A DNA stretch of 64,000 bases from positions 2,106 to 66,105 of the forward strand of contig DYFQ01000007.1 of the NCBI GenBank assembly GCA_020725105.1. Direction: 5' to 3'. Origin of the DNA: Symbiobacterium thermophilum. Lineage in GTDB: Bacteria; Bacillota; Sulfobacillia; DYFQ01. Positions 25,964 through 36,603 of this stretch are shown piece by piece; position 1 is the first letter of the stretch; each line of letters starts with the position of its first letter. The notes beneath the pieces are model-generated. The model searched no databases. It was not told the DNA's origin and was given only the letters and a program-made list of their open reading frames with translations. Position numbers and translations under genes: made by a program.

Positions 25964-27444
25964 CGGGCGTGCTCTTCACGGTGGGGGAGGTCGCCCGGGT
26001 GACCGCCGGCCGCCTGGTGTCGGGACCGGCCGGGGCCTGCATCGCCGGGGTGAAGGTGGACAGCCGGGCGGTAGGTCCCGGCGACCTGTTCGTGGCCATT
26101 CCCGGCCAGCGCACCGACGGGCACCTCTTCGTCGGGGACGCGGCCCGCCGGGGCGCGAGCGCCGCCCTGGTCATCCGGTGGCCGCCGGACGGCGAGGCGG
26201 ACCCACCGCCTGGAGCCGCCGAGGGGCTGGCCGTCGTCGTGGTGGACAACACCGTCGCCGCCCTGGGCCGGCTGGCGGCCAGCCACCGCCGGCGCTTCGC
26301 CGGCCTGCGGGTGGTGGGGATCACCGGCAGCGTCGGCAAGACCACCACCAAGGACATGGCCGCCGCCGTGCTCGCGCGCCGGTACCGTACCGTGGCCACC
26401 GAGGGCAATCTCAACACCGACATCGGAGTGCCCCTGAGCCTGTTCCGGGTGGGGCCCGAGACCGAGGTGGCCGTCCTGGAACTGGCGATGCGGGGAAGGG
26501 GCCAGATAACCGAACTGGCCGCCATGGCCGCTCCCCAGGTGGGGGTCGTGACCAACGTGGGCGAGTCCCACCTGGAAGTGCTCGGCTCGGTCGAGGCCAT
26601 CGCCCGGGCCAAGGCTGAACTGGTCGAAGCGCTGCCGCCGGACGGAAGGGCGGTGCTGAACGGCGACGACCCCTGGTGCCGGTGGATGGCGGAGCGCTCG
26701 CCCGCCCCGGTGCTGTGGTTCGGCACGGCGGACGAGGCGGCCGGCGAGACCGCGGGCGACTGGGTGCGTGCCGACCGGATCAGGACGGCCGGCGCCCGGG
26801 TGACCTTCCGGCTGCTGGCCGGTGCTGAGCGGGCCGACGTGCGGCTTCCGGTGGCGGGGCGGCACAACGTGTCCAACGCCCTGGCCGCCGCGGCGGTCGG
26901 CCTGGCGCTGGACGTACCCTTGACCGACGTGGTCCGCGGCCTGGCCTCTTTCCGGCCCACGGCCATGCGGCTGGAGATCCTGGACGTCGGGTCGCTATTG
27001 TTGATCAACGACGCCTATAACGCCAGCCCCTCCTCCACCCGCGCGGCGCTGGAGGTGCTCCGGCGGGTGGGGGAGGGCCGGCGGCGGGTGGCCGTCCTTG
27101 GCGACATGCTGGAACTGGGGCCGGCGGAAACCGAGGCCCACCGCGCGGTGGGCAGGGAAGCGGCGGGCAGCCTGGACCTGCTGATCACCGTGGGCCGGCG
27201 AGCCGTGGAACTGGCCCGCGGCGCGCTGGAAGCCGGGCTGCCGCCTGACGCCGTCCGGCGCTGCGCCCAAAACGACGATGCCATCCTCGAGCTTCAGCAT
27301 GTTCTGCGTCCGGGCGACGCGGTACTGGTGAAGGGGTCCCGGGGCATGCGCATGGAGGAGATCGTGGCGGCCATCCACCGCCGCTGGGCGGGCTCGGCGG
27401 AGCGGGCCCCGGACGAACCGGGTGGCGGCCATGGCGCCGGCTGA
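25960..27444 (+). CDS. murF: UDP-N-acetylmuramoyl-tripeptide--D-alanyl-D-alanine ligase
   Basis: GITGSVGKTTT P-loop. GTG start overlaps the murE stop. Confidence 0.9.
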   Translation: MTGVLFTVGEVARVTAGRLVSGPAGACIAGVKVDSRAVGPGDLFVAIPGQRTDGHLFVGDAARRGASAALVIRWPPDGEADPPPGAAEGLAVVVVDNTVAALGRLAASHRRRFAGLRVVGITGSVGKTTTKDMAAAVLARRYRTVATEGNLNTDIGVPLSLFRVGPETEVAVLELAMRGRGQITELAAMAAPQVGVVTNVGESHLEVLGSVEAIARAKAELVEALPPDGRAVLNGDDPWCRWMAERSPAPVLWFGTADEAAGETAGDWVRADRIRTAGARVTFRLLAGAERADVRLPVAGRHNVSNALAAAAVGLALDVPLTDVVRGLASFRPTAMRLEILDVGSLLLINDAYNASPSSTRAALEVLRRVGEGRRRVAVLGDMLELGPAETEAHRAVGREAAGSLDLLITVGRRAVELARGALEAGLPPDAVRRCAQNDDAILELQHVLRPGDAVLVKGSRGMRMEEIVAAIHRRWAGSAERAPDEPGGGHGAG

Positions 27445-28399
27445 GCCCCGGGTCCTGGCGGGGACCGCCTTCGTGGCCGCCCTGGTCCTGGGCCGGCTGC
27501 TCCTGCCGCTACTCCGCCGGCTGAAGCTCGGGCAGCAGGTGCGGGACCAGGGTCCGGCCCGGCACCGCAAGAAGGCGGGCACCCCGACCATGGGAGGGTT
27601 GATCTTCCTGCTGCCCGTGGCCGGCCTCGGGGCGCTTTCGCTGGGGGCCTTCCCCGAGGTGCGCCTGGCGCTCGTGGTGAGCCTGGGTTTTGGTGCCCTG
27701 GGGCTGGCGGATGACCTCCTGAAGGTGGTCTTTCACCGGCCACTGGGGCTGCGCGCCCGCTACAAGCTGGTGGTCCAGCTGGCGCTGGGCCTCCTGCTGG
27801 GTGTCGGCGCGCTGGCGCTGGGCCGGTCCAGCCTGGTGCAGGTACCCGTGCTTGGCCTCGACTGGGATCTGGGCCCGCTGTACGCGCCCTTCGCCGCGCT
27901 GGTGGTCATCGGCGCCGCCAACGCGGTCAACCTCGCCGACGGGCTGGACGGGCTGGTGGCCGGTTCGGCGATCCTGGCCTTTCTGGCCTACGTCATCCTG
28001 GCGGCGGGGGTCGGGGCACCGGCCCTGGCGGCCTTCGCGGGCCTGGTCGTGGGGGCGGTGGCCGGGTTTCTGCCCTACAATCTCCACCCGGCCCGGGTGT
28101 TCATGGGAGACACCGGGGCGCTGGGCCTGGGGGCCGCCCTGGGGGCGGTGGCCGTGCTGACCCGAACCGAACTGGTGCTACCGCTGCTGGGCGGGCTGTA
28201 CGTCCTGGAGGCCCTCTCAGTCATGGTCCAGGTGGCCGTGTTTCAGACCACCGGCCGGCGGGGGCTGCTGATGAGCCCGTTGCACCACCATTTCGAACTG
28301 GCTGGCTGGACGGAGGAACAGGTGGTCTACCGTTTCTGGGCGGCGGCGGCGGTATTTGCCCTGGTCGGACTGGCTGCCGCTCGGACGCTGTCCGGCTAG
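27422..28399 (+). CDS. mraY: phospho-N-acetylmuramoyl-pentapeptide-transferase
   Basis: Polytopic membrane protein with NAVNLADGLDGL and HHHFE motifs. Confidence 0.9.
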   Translation: MAAMAPAEPRVLAGTAFVAALVLGRLLLPLLRRLKLGQQVRDQGPARHRKKAGTPTMGGLIFLLPVAGLGALSLGAFPEVRLALVVSLGFGALGLADDLLKVVFHRPLGLRARYKLVVQLALGLLLGVGALALGRSSLVQVPVLGLDWDLGPLYAPFAALVVIGAANAVNLADGLDGLVAGSAILAFLAYVILAAGVGAPALAAFAGLVVGAVAGFLPYNLHPARVFMGDTGALGLGAALGAVAVLTRTELVLPLLGGLYVLEALSVMVQVAVFQTTGRRGLLMSPLHHHFELAGWTEEQVVYRFWAAAAVFALVGLAAARTLSG

Positions 28400-28425
28400 C
28401 CGCCGGAGGGGAGGAGGCAGGCGAG

Positions 28426-29598
28426 ATGGGTGAAGACGAGCGGGGGCGCGCCGTGGCGGGCGACCGGAGGGCCCGCCGGCCGGCGGTCCGGCCCTGGCGC
28501 AAGCTCCGCCGGAAGCCGCCCGATTTTGCCCTCTTCCTGACGGCCGCCATCCTGCTGGGCATCGGGGTGGTGATGGTCTTCAGCTCCAGCTACGTGAAGG
28601 CGGACAGGCTCTACGGCGACCCGTATTACTACCTCAAGCGGCAGGTGGCCTGGGCCGGCGTCGGCCTGGTGGCCATGCTCGTCGCGCTTAACCTGGACTA
28701 CTGGCACCTGAGGCGGTGGGCCCGTCCCATCCTGGTGCTGGGCATCGTCCTCCTGGTCATGGTGCTCGTGCCCGGGGTGGGCCGGGCCGCGGGCGGCGCC
28801 CGGCGGTGGCTCGGCTTCGGTCCCGTGTCGTTTCAGCCTTCGGAGTTCATGAAACTCGCCGTGGTCATCTGGCTGTCGGCCAGCCTGACGGCGAGAGGCG
28901 CCCGGCTTCGCCAGTTCTCCCAGGGCACCTTGCCGTACATGGTCCTCCTGGCGCTCATCTTCGGGTTGGTGCTGCTCCAGCCGGACCTGGGCACCGCGGT
29001 GGCCATCGGCGGCACCAGCTTCCTGTTGCTCTTCTGCGCCGGGGTGCCCGTCGTCCACCTGCTGGCGGCAGGCGGCATCGGCCTGGTGGGCGTCGCCTGG
29101 GCCATCGTCACCGAGGAGTACAGGCTCCGGAGGTTTCTGGCCTTCCTCGATCCCTTTGCCGACCCGCTGGGTTCGGGGTTCCACATCATCCAGGCCCTCT
29201 ACGCCATTGGCTCGGGTGGCCTGTTCGGCCTGGGCCTGGGCAACAGCCGGCAGAAGTTCTTCTACCTTCCGGAGCAGCACACCGACTTCATCTTTGCCAT
29301 CCTCAGCGAGGAACTGGGCTTCATCGGCGGCGTCACCGTGCTGGGGCTGTACTTCTTCCTGGCCTGGCGCGGCTTCCGCATCGCGCTGGCCGCGCCGGAC
29401 ACCTTTTCGACCCTGCTGGCCGCCGGCGTCACCGGGATGCTCATCCTGCAGATCATCGTGAACATCGGCGTGGTCACCGCCACGCTGCCGATCACCGGCA
29501 TCCCGCTGCCGCTCCTGTCGTTCGGCGGCTCGAGTCTGGTGTTCTCCCTGGCCGGGATAGGGATCCTGATGAACATCTCGAGGTACCAGACGCAATGA
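28426..29598 (+). CDS. ftsW: SEDS-family peptidoglycan glycosyltransferase FtsW/SpoVE
   Basis: FtsW/RodA family signatures (QPSEFMKLA, GGSS). Confidence 0.9.
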   Translation: MGEDERGRAVAGDRRARRPAVRPWRKLRRKPPDFALFLTAAILLGIGVVMVFSSSYVKADRLYGDPYYYLKRQVAWAGVGLVAMLVALNLDYWHLRRWARPILVLGIVLLVMVLVPGVGRAAGGARRWLGFGPVSFQPSEFMKLAVVIWLSASLTARGARLRQFSQGTLPYMVLLALIFGLVLLQPDLGTAVAIGGTSFLLLFCAGVPVVHLLAAGGIGLVGVAWAIVTEEYRLRRFLAFLDPFADPLGSGFHIIQALYAIGSGGLFGLGLGNSRQKFFYLPEQHTDFIFAILSEELGFIGGVTVLGLYFFLAWRGFRIALAAPDTFSTLLAAGVTGMLILQIIVNIGVVTATLPITGIPLPLLSFGGSSLVFSLAGIGILMNISRYQTQ

Positions 29599-30809
29599 GC
29601 GACCCCCGCCCGCAGGGCGGCCGGACCAGGGGCAGGCCCGGGGCGGCCCGCGCCGGGGGACGCCGCCTCCGGGCGGTGGTCACCGGGGGCGGGACCGGGG
29701 GCCACATCTACCCGGCCCTGGCCGTGGCCCGCCGGCTGCTGGAACGGGTACCCCAGGCACGGGTAACCTACGTGGGAACCAGGGACGGGCTGGAGGCGTC
29801 CCTGATTCCCGGGAGCGGGATCGAGTTCTTCGGCATCCAGGCCGGCGGCCTGGCTCGCAAGGCACCGGCCGAGGCGGCGCGGGGGCTGTGGAAGATGGGC
29901 GCCGGCCTGGTGCAGGCGGCGCGCCTGCTCAGGTGGTTGAGGCCCGCCGTGGTCCTGGGTACCGGCGGGTACGCCTCGGCCCCGGTGGTGGCGGCCGCGG
30001 CCTGGCAGGGCATTCCCACGCTGCTGCACGAGCAGAACGCCTCGCCCGGCTGGGCCAACCGCTTCCTGGCCAGGTGGGCCGACCTGGTGGCGGTGCCATT
30101 CCCCGGGGCGGACAGGGCCTTCGGGCCGCGCGCCCGGACCCTGGTGACGGGCAACCCGGTCCGGCCGGAGATCCTCTCGGCCACGCGGGAGGAGGGCACC
30201 GCCCGCCTGGGCCTGGACCCGGCCCGGCCGACCCTGCTGGTGATGGGGGGGAGTCGCGGCGCGGAGCGGGTGAACCTGGCGGTGGCTCAGGCCCTGCCGG
30301 CCTTCTCGGACCCGGGCTCGGTGCAGGTGGTCTGGGTGACCGGTAGCCGCTACTTCCCGGCCATGGTCGCCAGGCTGAGAGAGGCTGGGATCGGCCCGGT
30401 AGAAGCCGGGGGCGAGGGGTCCGCCAGGGCCGGCCCGGCTCTCGTTTTCTCGTTCCTGGAGGAGATCTGGTGGGCCCTGGCGGCGGCCGACCTGGTGGTC
30501 GCCCGGGCCGGCGGGATCACCATCGCCGAGATAACCGCCAGGGGCCTCCCCGCCGTGCTGGTGCCGTCGCCCCACGTGGCCGGTCCCCACCAGCGGGAGA
30601 ACGCCGCGGTGCTGGGGGAGGCGGGCGCGGCGGTGGTGGTTGACGACGCCGAGTTCGACGGCCCGTTTCTGGTGCGCCTGGTGGGCGAGATTCTCGGTGA
30701 CGAGCCCCGCCGGCGCCGGATGAGCGAGGCCAGCCGGGCTCTGGGCAGGCCGGACGCCACCGACCGGCTGGTGGACGCCCTCCTGGACCTGGCCGGTGGG
30801 CGCGAGTAA
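29595..30809 (+). CDS. murG: UDP-N-acetylglucosamine--N-acetylmuramyl-(pentapeptide) pyrophosphoryl-undecaprenol N-acetylglucosamine transferase
   Basis: GGTGGHIYPALA motif. ATG 29595 overlaps the ftsW TGA. The read-through ORF 28716-30809 is rejected. Confidence 0.9.
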   Translation: MSDPRPQGGRTRGRPGAARAGGRRLRAVVTGGGTGGHIYPALAVARRLLERVPQARVTYVGTRDGLEASLIPGSGIEFFGIQAGGLARKAPAEAARGLWKMGAGLVQAARLLRWLRPAVVLGTGGYASAPVVAAAAWQGIPTLLHEQNASPGWANRFLARWADLVAVPFPGADRAFGPRARTLVTGNPVRPEILSATREEGTARLGLDPARPTLLVMGGSRGAERVNLAVAQALPAFSDPGSVQVVWVTGSRYFPAMVARLREAGIGPVEAGGEGSARAGPALVFSFLEEIWWALAAADLVVARAGGITIAEITARGLPAVLVPSPHVAGPHQRENAAVLGEAGAAVVVDDAEFDGPFLVRLVGEILGDEPRRRRMSEASRALGRPDATDRLVDALLDLAGGRE

Positions 30810-30888
30810 CCGGGTCCGGCCGGACGCTCATAAGATGAGGGGCGCCCGTGGCGCCCGTCCCTGGGGATACGGCGGGAGTGACGCGGGG

Positions 30889-31842
30889 ATGGCGAAGGGT
30901 GACGGCGCCGGGGAGGACCGACCCTGGTTGGCCGCACCGGTCCTTGCGGCAGCACGTAAGATGATCCGCGGCGAGGTGCTCGTCGCCGAGCCCATGAGCC
31001 GGCACACGTCCTGGCGAGTGGGGGGACCCGCGGACCTGTTCGTGAACCCGGTGGACCGGGCCGACCTGGAACAGGCGGTTGCCTTTGCCCGCCGGCACGG
31101 CATCCCCTACACCGTGCTGGGCCACGGCACCAACGTGCTGGTGCGGGACGGAGGCGTCAGGGGCATGGTCATCGCTTCGGGTCGCGCCCTGGACTACTGG
31201 TCGGTGGAGGGGACCCGGGTCCGGGCCGGCGCCGGCGTGTCCCTGCCGACGCTGGCCAGGCGAATCGCCCGGCACGGCCTGACGGGGCTGGAGTTCGGCG
31301 TGGGCATCCCGGGCACCCTCGGTGGAGCGCTGATGATGAACGCCGGGGCCGGGGGCGGGGACATGAGCCGGGTGGTCCGGTGGGTCGACATCCTCGACGA
31401 GGCCGGCGAACCGCGGCGACTCGGCCTGGAGGACCTGGGCTTCGGCTACCGGCGGTCCCGGCTGCAGGGACGGCGGTTGGTGATCCTGGAGGCCGAGATG
31501 CAACTGGAGCCGGACGATCCCGCCGCCATCCAGGCCCGGATGCAGCAGCACCTGGACTACCGGGCGCGGACGCAGCCCATCGGTACGGCCAACGCCGGCA
31601 GCGTGTTCAAGAACCCCCCGGGGGACTTCGCCGGACGGCTCCTGGAGCTGGCGGGCGCCAAGGGGATGCGGGTGGGGGGAGCGCGGGTGCCCGCCGAGCA
31701 CGCCAACTTCATCGTCAACGACGGCAGCGCCACCCCGGCCGACATACTGACCGTCATCGAAAGACTGCGGCGACTGGTGCGGCACCACCACGGCGTCGAC
31801 CTGGAGCTGGAGGTGGAGATCCTTGGCGAGGATGGCCGGTAG
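30889..31842 (+). CDS. murB: UDP-N-acetylenolpyruvoylglucosamine reductase
   Basis: FAD-binding SWRVGGPAD region and MurB C-terminal domain. Start uncertain (ATG 30889 with SD, or ATG 30961). Confidence 0.85.
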   Translation: MAKGDGAGEDRPWLAAPVLAAARKMIRGEVLVAEPMSRHTSWRVGGPADLFVNPVDRADLEQAVAFARRHGIPYTVLGHGTNVLVRDGGVRGMVIASGRALDYWSVEGTRVRAGAGVSLPTLARRIARHGLTGLEFGVGIPGTLGGALMMNAGAGGGDMSRVVRWVDILDEAGEPRRLGLEDLGFGYRRSRLQGRRLVILEAEMQLEPDDPAAIQARMQQHLDYRARTQPIGTANAGSVFKNPPGDFAGRLLELAGAKGMRVGGARVPAEHANFIVNDGSATPADILTVIERLRRLVRHHHGVDLELEVEILGEDGR

Positions 31843-33214
31843 CCGCCGCCCTGAACAGCGGCTGGTCATCGAAGGCGGGGTGCGCCTCAAGGGTACCGTG
31901 CGCGTCTCCGGGGCCAAGAACGCGATCCTGCCCATGCTGGCGGCGACCGTCCTTACCTCCGGCGAGTGCGTGTTCACCGGGGTCCCGCGGCTGCGCGACG
32001 TGGCGGTCATGGAGACCATTCTCCGGCGGCTGGGAGCGGCCGTCCGGTGGGAGACGGGGCCCGACGGCACCGGGGTGCTGCGGGTGTCGGCCCGGAATCT
32101 GTCCAGCCACCGGGTGAGCGAGGACCTGATGGGCGAGATGCGGTCGTCCATCTTCCTCATGGGCCCGCTCCTGGGCCGGCTGGGCCGGGCACGGGTCTCC
32201 ACCCCCGGGGGCTGCGCCATCGGTCCCCGCCCCATCGACCAGCACCTGAGGGGCCTGGCGGCGCTGGGGGCCACCATCAGGCAGCAGGGGGCCCACATCG
32301 AAGCCGAGGCGGCGTCGCTCGAGGGGACCGAGATTCACCTGGACATCCCCAGCGTGGGGGCTACCGAGAACCTGATCATGGCCGCGGTGCTGGCCCGGGG
32401 GACCACGGTCATCAGGAACGCCGCCCGGGAGCCGGAGATCGTCGACCTGCAGAACTTCCTGAACCGGCTGGGGGCCCGGGTGCGGGGGGCGGGGCGCGAC
32501 ACCATCAGGATCGACGGCGTCCGGCGGCTGGGCGGCGCGGAACACGCCATCATCCCCGACCGGATCGAGGCCGGCACCTTCATGGTGGCCGCCGCCATCA
32601 CCGGCGGCGAGGTGATCCTGGAGAACGTCATTCCCGAGCATCTGGAGGCGGTCATCGCGAAGCTGCGGGAAGCGGGCGTCGGGATCACCGAAGACCGGGA
32701 AGCGATGGTGCTCCGGGTCCGGTGGTCGTCGCGCCCCCGGGCCACCGACTTCAAGACCCTGCCCTATCCGGGTTTCCCCACCGACATGCAGCCGCAGGTG
32801 ATGGCGCTGGCGGCCGTCGCCGACGGCACCAGCGTGATCACGGAAAGCGTGTTCGAACAGCGCTTTGGCCACGTTCCGGAGCTCATTCGAATGGGGGCCC
32901 GGATCAAGACCGAAGGCCGGATCGCCGTGGTCGAGGGAGTCGAGCGACTGACGGGAGCGGCGCTGGACGCTCCCGATCTGCGGGCCGGCGCCGCCCTGGT
33001 CCTGGCGGGTCTCGCCGCCCGGGGCAGGACGGTGCTGCGCGGGGTCAACCACCTGGAGCGCGGCTACGAACGGTTCGAAGAACGGCTGAGGAGTCTGGGG
33101 GCCCGGGTCTACCGCCTGGCCTGGCCGCCTTCCGTCGGGTCGGTCGCCGGCGGCCGTCCGTCCGAGGGCGGGCAGGCGGAGGAGACGTCCCGGGCGGCCT
33201 GGGTGGCCGGGTAG
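31832..33214 (+). CDS. murA: UDP-N-acetylglucosamine 1-carboxyvinyltransferase
   Basis: EPT-fold protein with the catalytic Cys loop (TPGGCAIGPRPID). Start overlaps the murB stop. Confidence 0.9.
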   Translation: MAGSRRPEQRLVIEGGVRLKGTVRVSGAKNAILPMLAATVLTSGECVFTGVPRLRDVAVMETILRRLGAAVRWETGPDGTGVLRVSARNLSSHRVSEDLMGEMRSSIFLMGPLLGRLGRARVSTPGGCAIGPRPIDQHLRGLAALGATIRQQGAHIEAEAASLEGTEIHLDIPSVGATENLIMAAVLARGTTVIRNAAREPEIVDLQNFLNRLGARVRGAGRDTIRIDGVRRLGGAEHAIIPDRIEAGTFMVAAAITGGEVILENVIPEHLEAVIAKLREAGVGITEDREAMVLRVRWSSRPRATDFKTLPYPGFPTDMQPQVMALAAVADGTSVITESVFEQRFGHVPELIRMGARIKTEGRIAVVEGVERLTGAALDAPDLRAGAALVLAGLAARGRTVLRGVNHLERGYERFEERLRSLGARVYRLAWPPSVGSVAGGRPSEGGQAEETSRAAWVAG

Positions 33215-33245
33215 ACCGGCCCGTTCCCCGGGGAAAGGGGCGGTC

Positions 33246-33980
33246 GTGCGGCCTTCCCGACTGGCCCTGTGGCTTTTGATCCTGCTCATTGCGTCGGCGG
33301 CGGGGACAAGCTACCTGCTGTCCCCGGCTTTCTTCCCCTCCCGTATCGAGGTGACGGGCAACTCGGTCGTTGCCGCCGAGACCATCCGCGACCTGGCCGG
33401 GATTCCCCTTGACCGCAGCATCTGGCAACTGGACCTGGGCGCCGCCGCCCGGCGGGTCGAGCACCACCCGCTCATCCGGACCGCCGTCGTGGAACGGCGG
33501 TGGGACGGGACGGTCCTGATCACGGTGGAAGAGCGGACCCCCTTCGCCGCGCTGCCCTACTTCGACGCATTCCTGCTGGTGGACCTGACCGGTGCGGTTC
33601 TCGAGATCCGGCAGGCGTTCCCGACAGGCTTCCCGCTGGTCACGGGCGTGGATCTCCCCGCCGTCGCGGTCGGCCAGCTGCTGGATTCAGGCCCGCTCCA
33701 GTGGGCCCTCGACACCCTCTTCTACCTTACCGAGGCGGGAAGGGGCGCCGTTTCCGAGGTTCACGTCGGCCCCGACCTCGAGATCACCCTTTACACCGTG
33801 GACGGGGCCAGGGTGCTCCTGGGCCGGGCCGACGCCCGCCTGTCGAGGAAACTTCAGTTCCTGGAAGGCATCCTCTGGGAATTGCAGGAAAAGGGAGAGG
33901 CCGCCGAGTACATTGACCTCAGGTATCCAGACCACCCGGTTATCAAACCGCGGCCGGCCCCCCGCAAGGACCCCGGCTAG
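33246..33980 (+). CDS. ftsQ: cell-division protein FtsQ/DivIB (POTRA domain)
   Basis: N-terminal TM, POTRA-like region, position in the dcw cluster. GTG start. Confidence 0.8.
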   Translation: MRPSRLALWLLILLIASAAGTSYLLSPAFFPSRIEVTGNSVVAAETIRDLAGIPLDRSIWQLDLGAAARRVEHHPLIRTAVVERRWDGTVLITVEERTPFAALPYFDAFLLVDLTGAVLEIRQAFPTGFPLVTGVDLPAVAVGQLLDSGPLQWALDTLFYLTEAGRGAVSEVHVGPDLEITLYTVDGARVLLGRADARLSRKLQFLEGILWELQEKGEAAEYIDLRYPDHPVIKPRPAPRKDPG

Positions 33981-34076
33981 ACAGCCTGCCGGTCAAGGCT
34001 TCAAGGACAGGACAGCCGCGGCGCGGTCCCCCAGCGGGGTCCGGCCGTCCTGTTGAAGTGCTGGGAGGTGCACCCC

Positions 34077-35351
34077 GTGGCCCGGCGGGAGGTCATTGTC
34101 GGCCTCGACGTAGGGACGCACAAGGTGGCCGCCGTCGCGGGCGAGGTGCGCCGTGACGGCACGCTGGCCATCACCGGGGTGGGCATCGCGCCCTGCAGGG
34201 GGATGCGCAAGGGGGTCGTCATCGACCTGGAGAGCACCGTGCGGGCCATCGGCACCGCCGTGGAGCAGGTGGAGCGGATGGCCGGGCTCAGGTGTGACGC
34301 GGCCGTGGTGGCCGTGGGCGGCAGCCACGTCGCCGCCACCGCCGGGCGTGGCGTGGTGGTGGTGGCCCGGGAAGACCGTGAAGTCACCGTCCGTGACGTG
34401 GAGCGCGTGGTGGAGGCGGCCCGGCCGGTCGACGTCTCGCCTGACCGGGAGGTGCTCCACGTCCTGCCCCGCGGCTTCACCCTGGACGGCTCGGGCGGCA
34501 TCCGCGACCCCGTCGGCATGCTGGGGCAGCGGCTCGAAGTGGAGGCCAACGTGGTCACCGCCGGCGTCACCGCGGTTCAGAACCTGTTGCGGTGCGTGTA
34601 CCGGGCCGGCCTGGCGGTGGAGGACGTGGTTCTGGCGCCCCTGGCGGCGGCCGAAGCGGTACTCACCCACGACCAGCGCGAACTCGGGGTCGGCCTGGTC
34701 GACCTGGGCGCCGGGACCACCGGCGTGGCCGTGTTCGACGCGGCCGGCCTGCAGCACGTGGCCGTGCTGCCGGTGGGCGGCGACCACATCACCGGCGACC
34801 TGGCGGTCGGGCTCAGAAGCCCCCTGGGCCGGGCCGAGGCCCTGAAGGTCGCATACGGCCTGGCGTCCGAGGGGCCCGAGCCCCAGGGCCAGGAAGGGCT
34901 CGGACAGCCGGAGCAGCCGGAGCGGCCTGAACAGAGCCGGAGGGGCGTGAACCCCAGGGCGGTGGCGGGCATCGTCGGCCCCAGGGTACAGGAGATCCTG
35001 TACCTCGTCGACCAGGTGCTCCGGCAGTCGGGCCGGCGCAACCTGCTGGGGGGCGGCGTGGTGGTCACCGGCGGTGGGGCGCTCCTGCGCGGGCTGGTGC
35101 CGGCGATGGAGGAGGCCCTGGAGTTACCGGTTCAGGTGGCGACCGCGCGTGGCGTGGCCGGCCTGGGCGACCTGGTGGCCACGCCGGCCCTGGCGGTGGC
35201 GGCGGGGCTGGTCCGCTACGCGGCCGGACTGCGCCTGGGGTCGGAGGTCCTGGGGGCCGGGCCCGCCGTCGGAGGGGAGGGAGCCCGGGATGGCGGGTGG
35301 ATGGTGGGAATGGTAGGCAGGGTTCGCAACTGGCTCAGAGAACTTCTCTAG
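34077..35351 (+). CDS. ftsA: cell-division protein FtsA
   Basis: Actin-fold ATPase with IVGLDVGT and LVDLGAGTT motifs. GTG 34077 preceded by GGGAGGTG (TTG 34053 is an alternative). Confidence 0.85.
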   Translation: MARREVIVGLDVGTHKVAAVAGEVRRDGTLAITGVGIAPCRGMRKGVVIDLESTVRAIGTAVEQVERMAGLRCDAAVVAVGGSHVAATAGRGVVVVAREDREVTVRDVERVVEAARPVDVSPDREVLHVLPRGFTLDGSGGIRDPVGMLGQRLEVEANVVTAGVTAVQNLLRCVYRAGLAVEDVVLAPLAAAEAVLTHDQRELGVGLVDLGAGTTGVAVFDAAGLQHVAVLPVGGDHITGDLAVGLRSPLGRAEALKVAYGLASEGPEPQGQEGLGQPEQPERPEQSRRGVNPRAVAGIVGPRVQEILYLVDQVLRQSGRRNLLGGGVVVTGGGALLRGLVPAMEEALELPVQVATARGVAGLGDLVATPALAVAAGLVRYAAGLRLGSEVLGAGPAVGGEGARDGGWMVGMVGRVRNWLRELL

Positions 35352-35425
35352 GCTTGAGAGGCGCTGTGGAGGAGCCGGAAGTGACGGCGGCCGGTGCCCG
35401 ATGGGGAGAAGCGGGGGAAGAGCCC

Positions 35426-36493
35426 GTGCTGGAACTGGAGATGGAGTCCGAGCATTTCGCCGTCATCAAGGTAGTCGGGGTTGGCGGCGGCGGCTCAAAC
35501 GCCGTGAACCGGATGATCCAGGAGGGCCTCAAAGGTGTGGACTTCATCGCCCTGAACACCGACGCCCAGGCGCTCTACCTGTCGAAGGCCCCCCACCGGA
35601 TCCAGCTGGGCCAGCAGGTCACCAAGGGCCTGGGGGCGGGGGGCGACCCCGAGATCGGCCAGCAGGCGGCCGAGGAGAGCCGAGAACAGATCCTGGCCAG
35701 CCTCAAAGGGGCCGACATGGTCTTCATCACCGCGGGGATGGGCGGCGGTACGGGAACCGGCGCCGCGCCCATCGTGGCGGAATGCGCCAGGGAAAACGGC
35801 GCCCTCACCGTCGGCGTGGTCACCCGGCCATTCACCTTCGAGGGCCATCGCCGTCAGGTCCAGGCCGAGCAGGGGATCGAGAATCTCAAGGGCCGGGTGG
35901 ACACCCTCATCACCATCCCCAACGACCGCCTGCTCCAGGTGGTGGACAAGAAGACCTCGATCCTGGAAGCTTTCCGGGTGGCCGACGACGTTCTGCGCCA
36001 GGGGGTGCAGGGCATCTCGGACCTGGTCACGGTGCCCGGGCTCATCAACCTCGACTTTGCCGATGTCCGGACCATCATGCGGGAGACGGGTACGGCGCTC
36101 ATGGGCATCGGCACGGCGGGCGGCGAGGGACGGGCGGCGGCGGCGGCCAAGGCGGCCATCGCCAGCCCGTTGCTGGAGACCAGCATCGAAGGGGCCCGCG
36201 GGGTCCTGCTCAACATCACCGGCGGGCCGGACCTGGGGCTGTTCGAGGTCAACGAGGCGGCCGAGGTGGTCGCCCAGGCCGCCGACCCGGAAGCCAACAT
36301 CATCTTCGGCGCCGTGATCGATGAGACCATCCGGGACGAGGTCCGGGTCACCGTCATCGCCACGGGCTTTGACTCGCGGCCCCGGCCCCGGGCCAGGCTG
36401 GCCGAACGGGAAGAAGACGGGCTTGACATCAAGCCCTTCTCCCTGGACGACCTGGACGTGCCGGCGTTTCTGCGCCGCCGGGCGGGCTCCTGA
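35426..36493 (+). CDS. ftsZ: cell-division GTPase FtsZ
   Basis: [14 protein letters not shown] and the tubulin signature GGGTGTG. Start GTG 35426 or ATG 35441. Confidence 0.9.
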   Translation: MLELEMESEHFAVIKVVGVGGGGSNAVNRMIQEGLKGVDFIALNTDAQALYLSKAPHRIQLGQQVTKGLGAGGDPEIGQQAAEESREQILASLKGADMVFITAGMGGGTGTGAAPIVAECARENGALTVGVVTRPFTFEGHRRQVQAEQGIENLKGRVDTLITIPNDRLLQVVDKKTSILEAFRVADDVLRQGVQGISDLVTVPGLINLDFADVRTIMRETGTALMGIGTAGGEGRAAAAAKAAIASPLLETSIEGARGVLLNITGGPDLGLFEVNEAAEVVAQAADPEANIIFGAVIDETIRDEVRVTVIATGFDSRPRPRARLAEREEDGLDIKPFSLDDLDVPAFLRRRAGS

Positions 36494-36540
36494 GACCTGG
36501 CGAGACCGGCCGGGGGGTGACGGGATTCGGGCGTCCCGGT

Positions 36541-36570
36541 TGACAGGGGGCGCCGGCGCCTGCTAGAATT
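36541..36570 (+). promoter_or_regulatory. sigma-A-type promoter (TTGACA-18nt-TAGAAT) of the T-box/aroF transcript
   Basis: -35 TTGACA at 36541-36546, -10 TAGAAT at 36565-36570. Confidence 0.5.
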
Positions 36571-36603
36571 CCGGTCAAGACATTGCGGGCAGCACGGCCC
36601 AAC

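Noticed and set aside
28716-30809. 697-aa plus-strand ORF spanning ftsW and murG
   Set aside because: A read-through frame. The true murG starts at the ATG at 29595 (MSDPRP...), which overlaps the ftsW stop. The upstream part is out-of-frame junk relative to ftsW.
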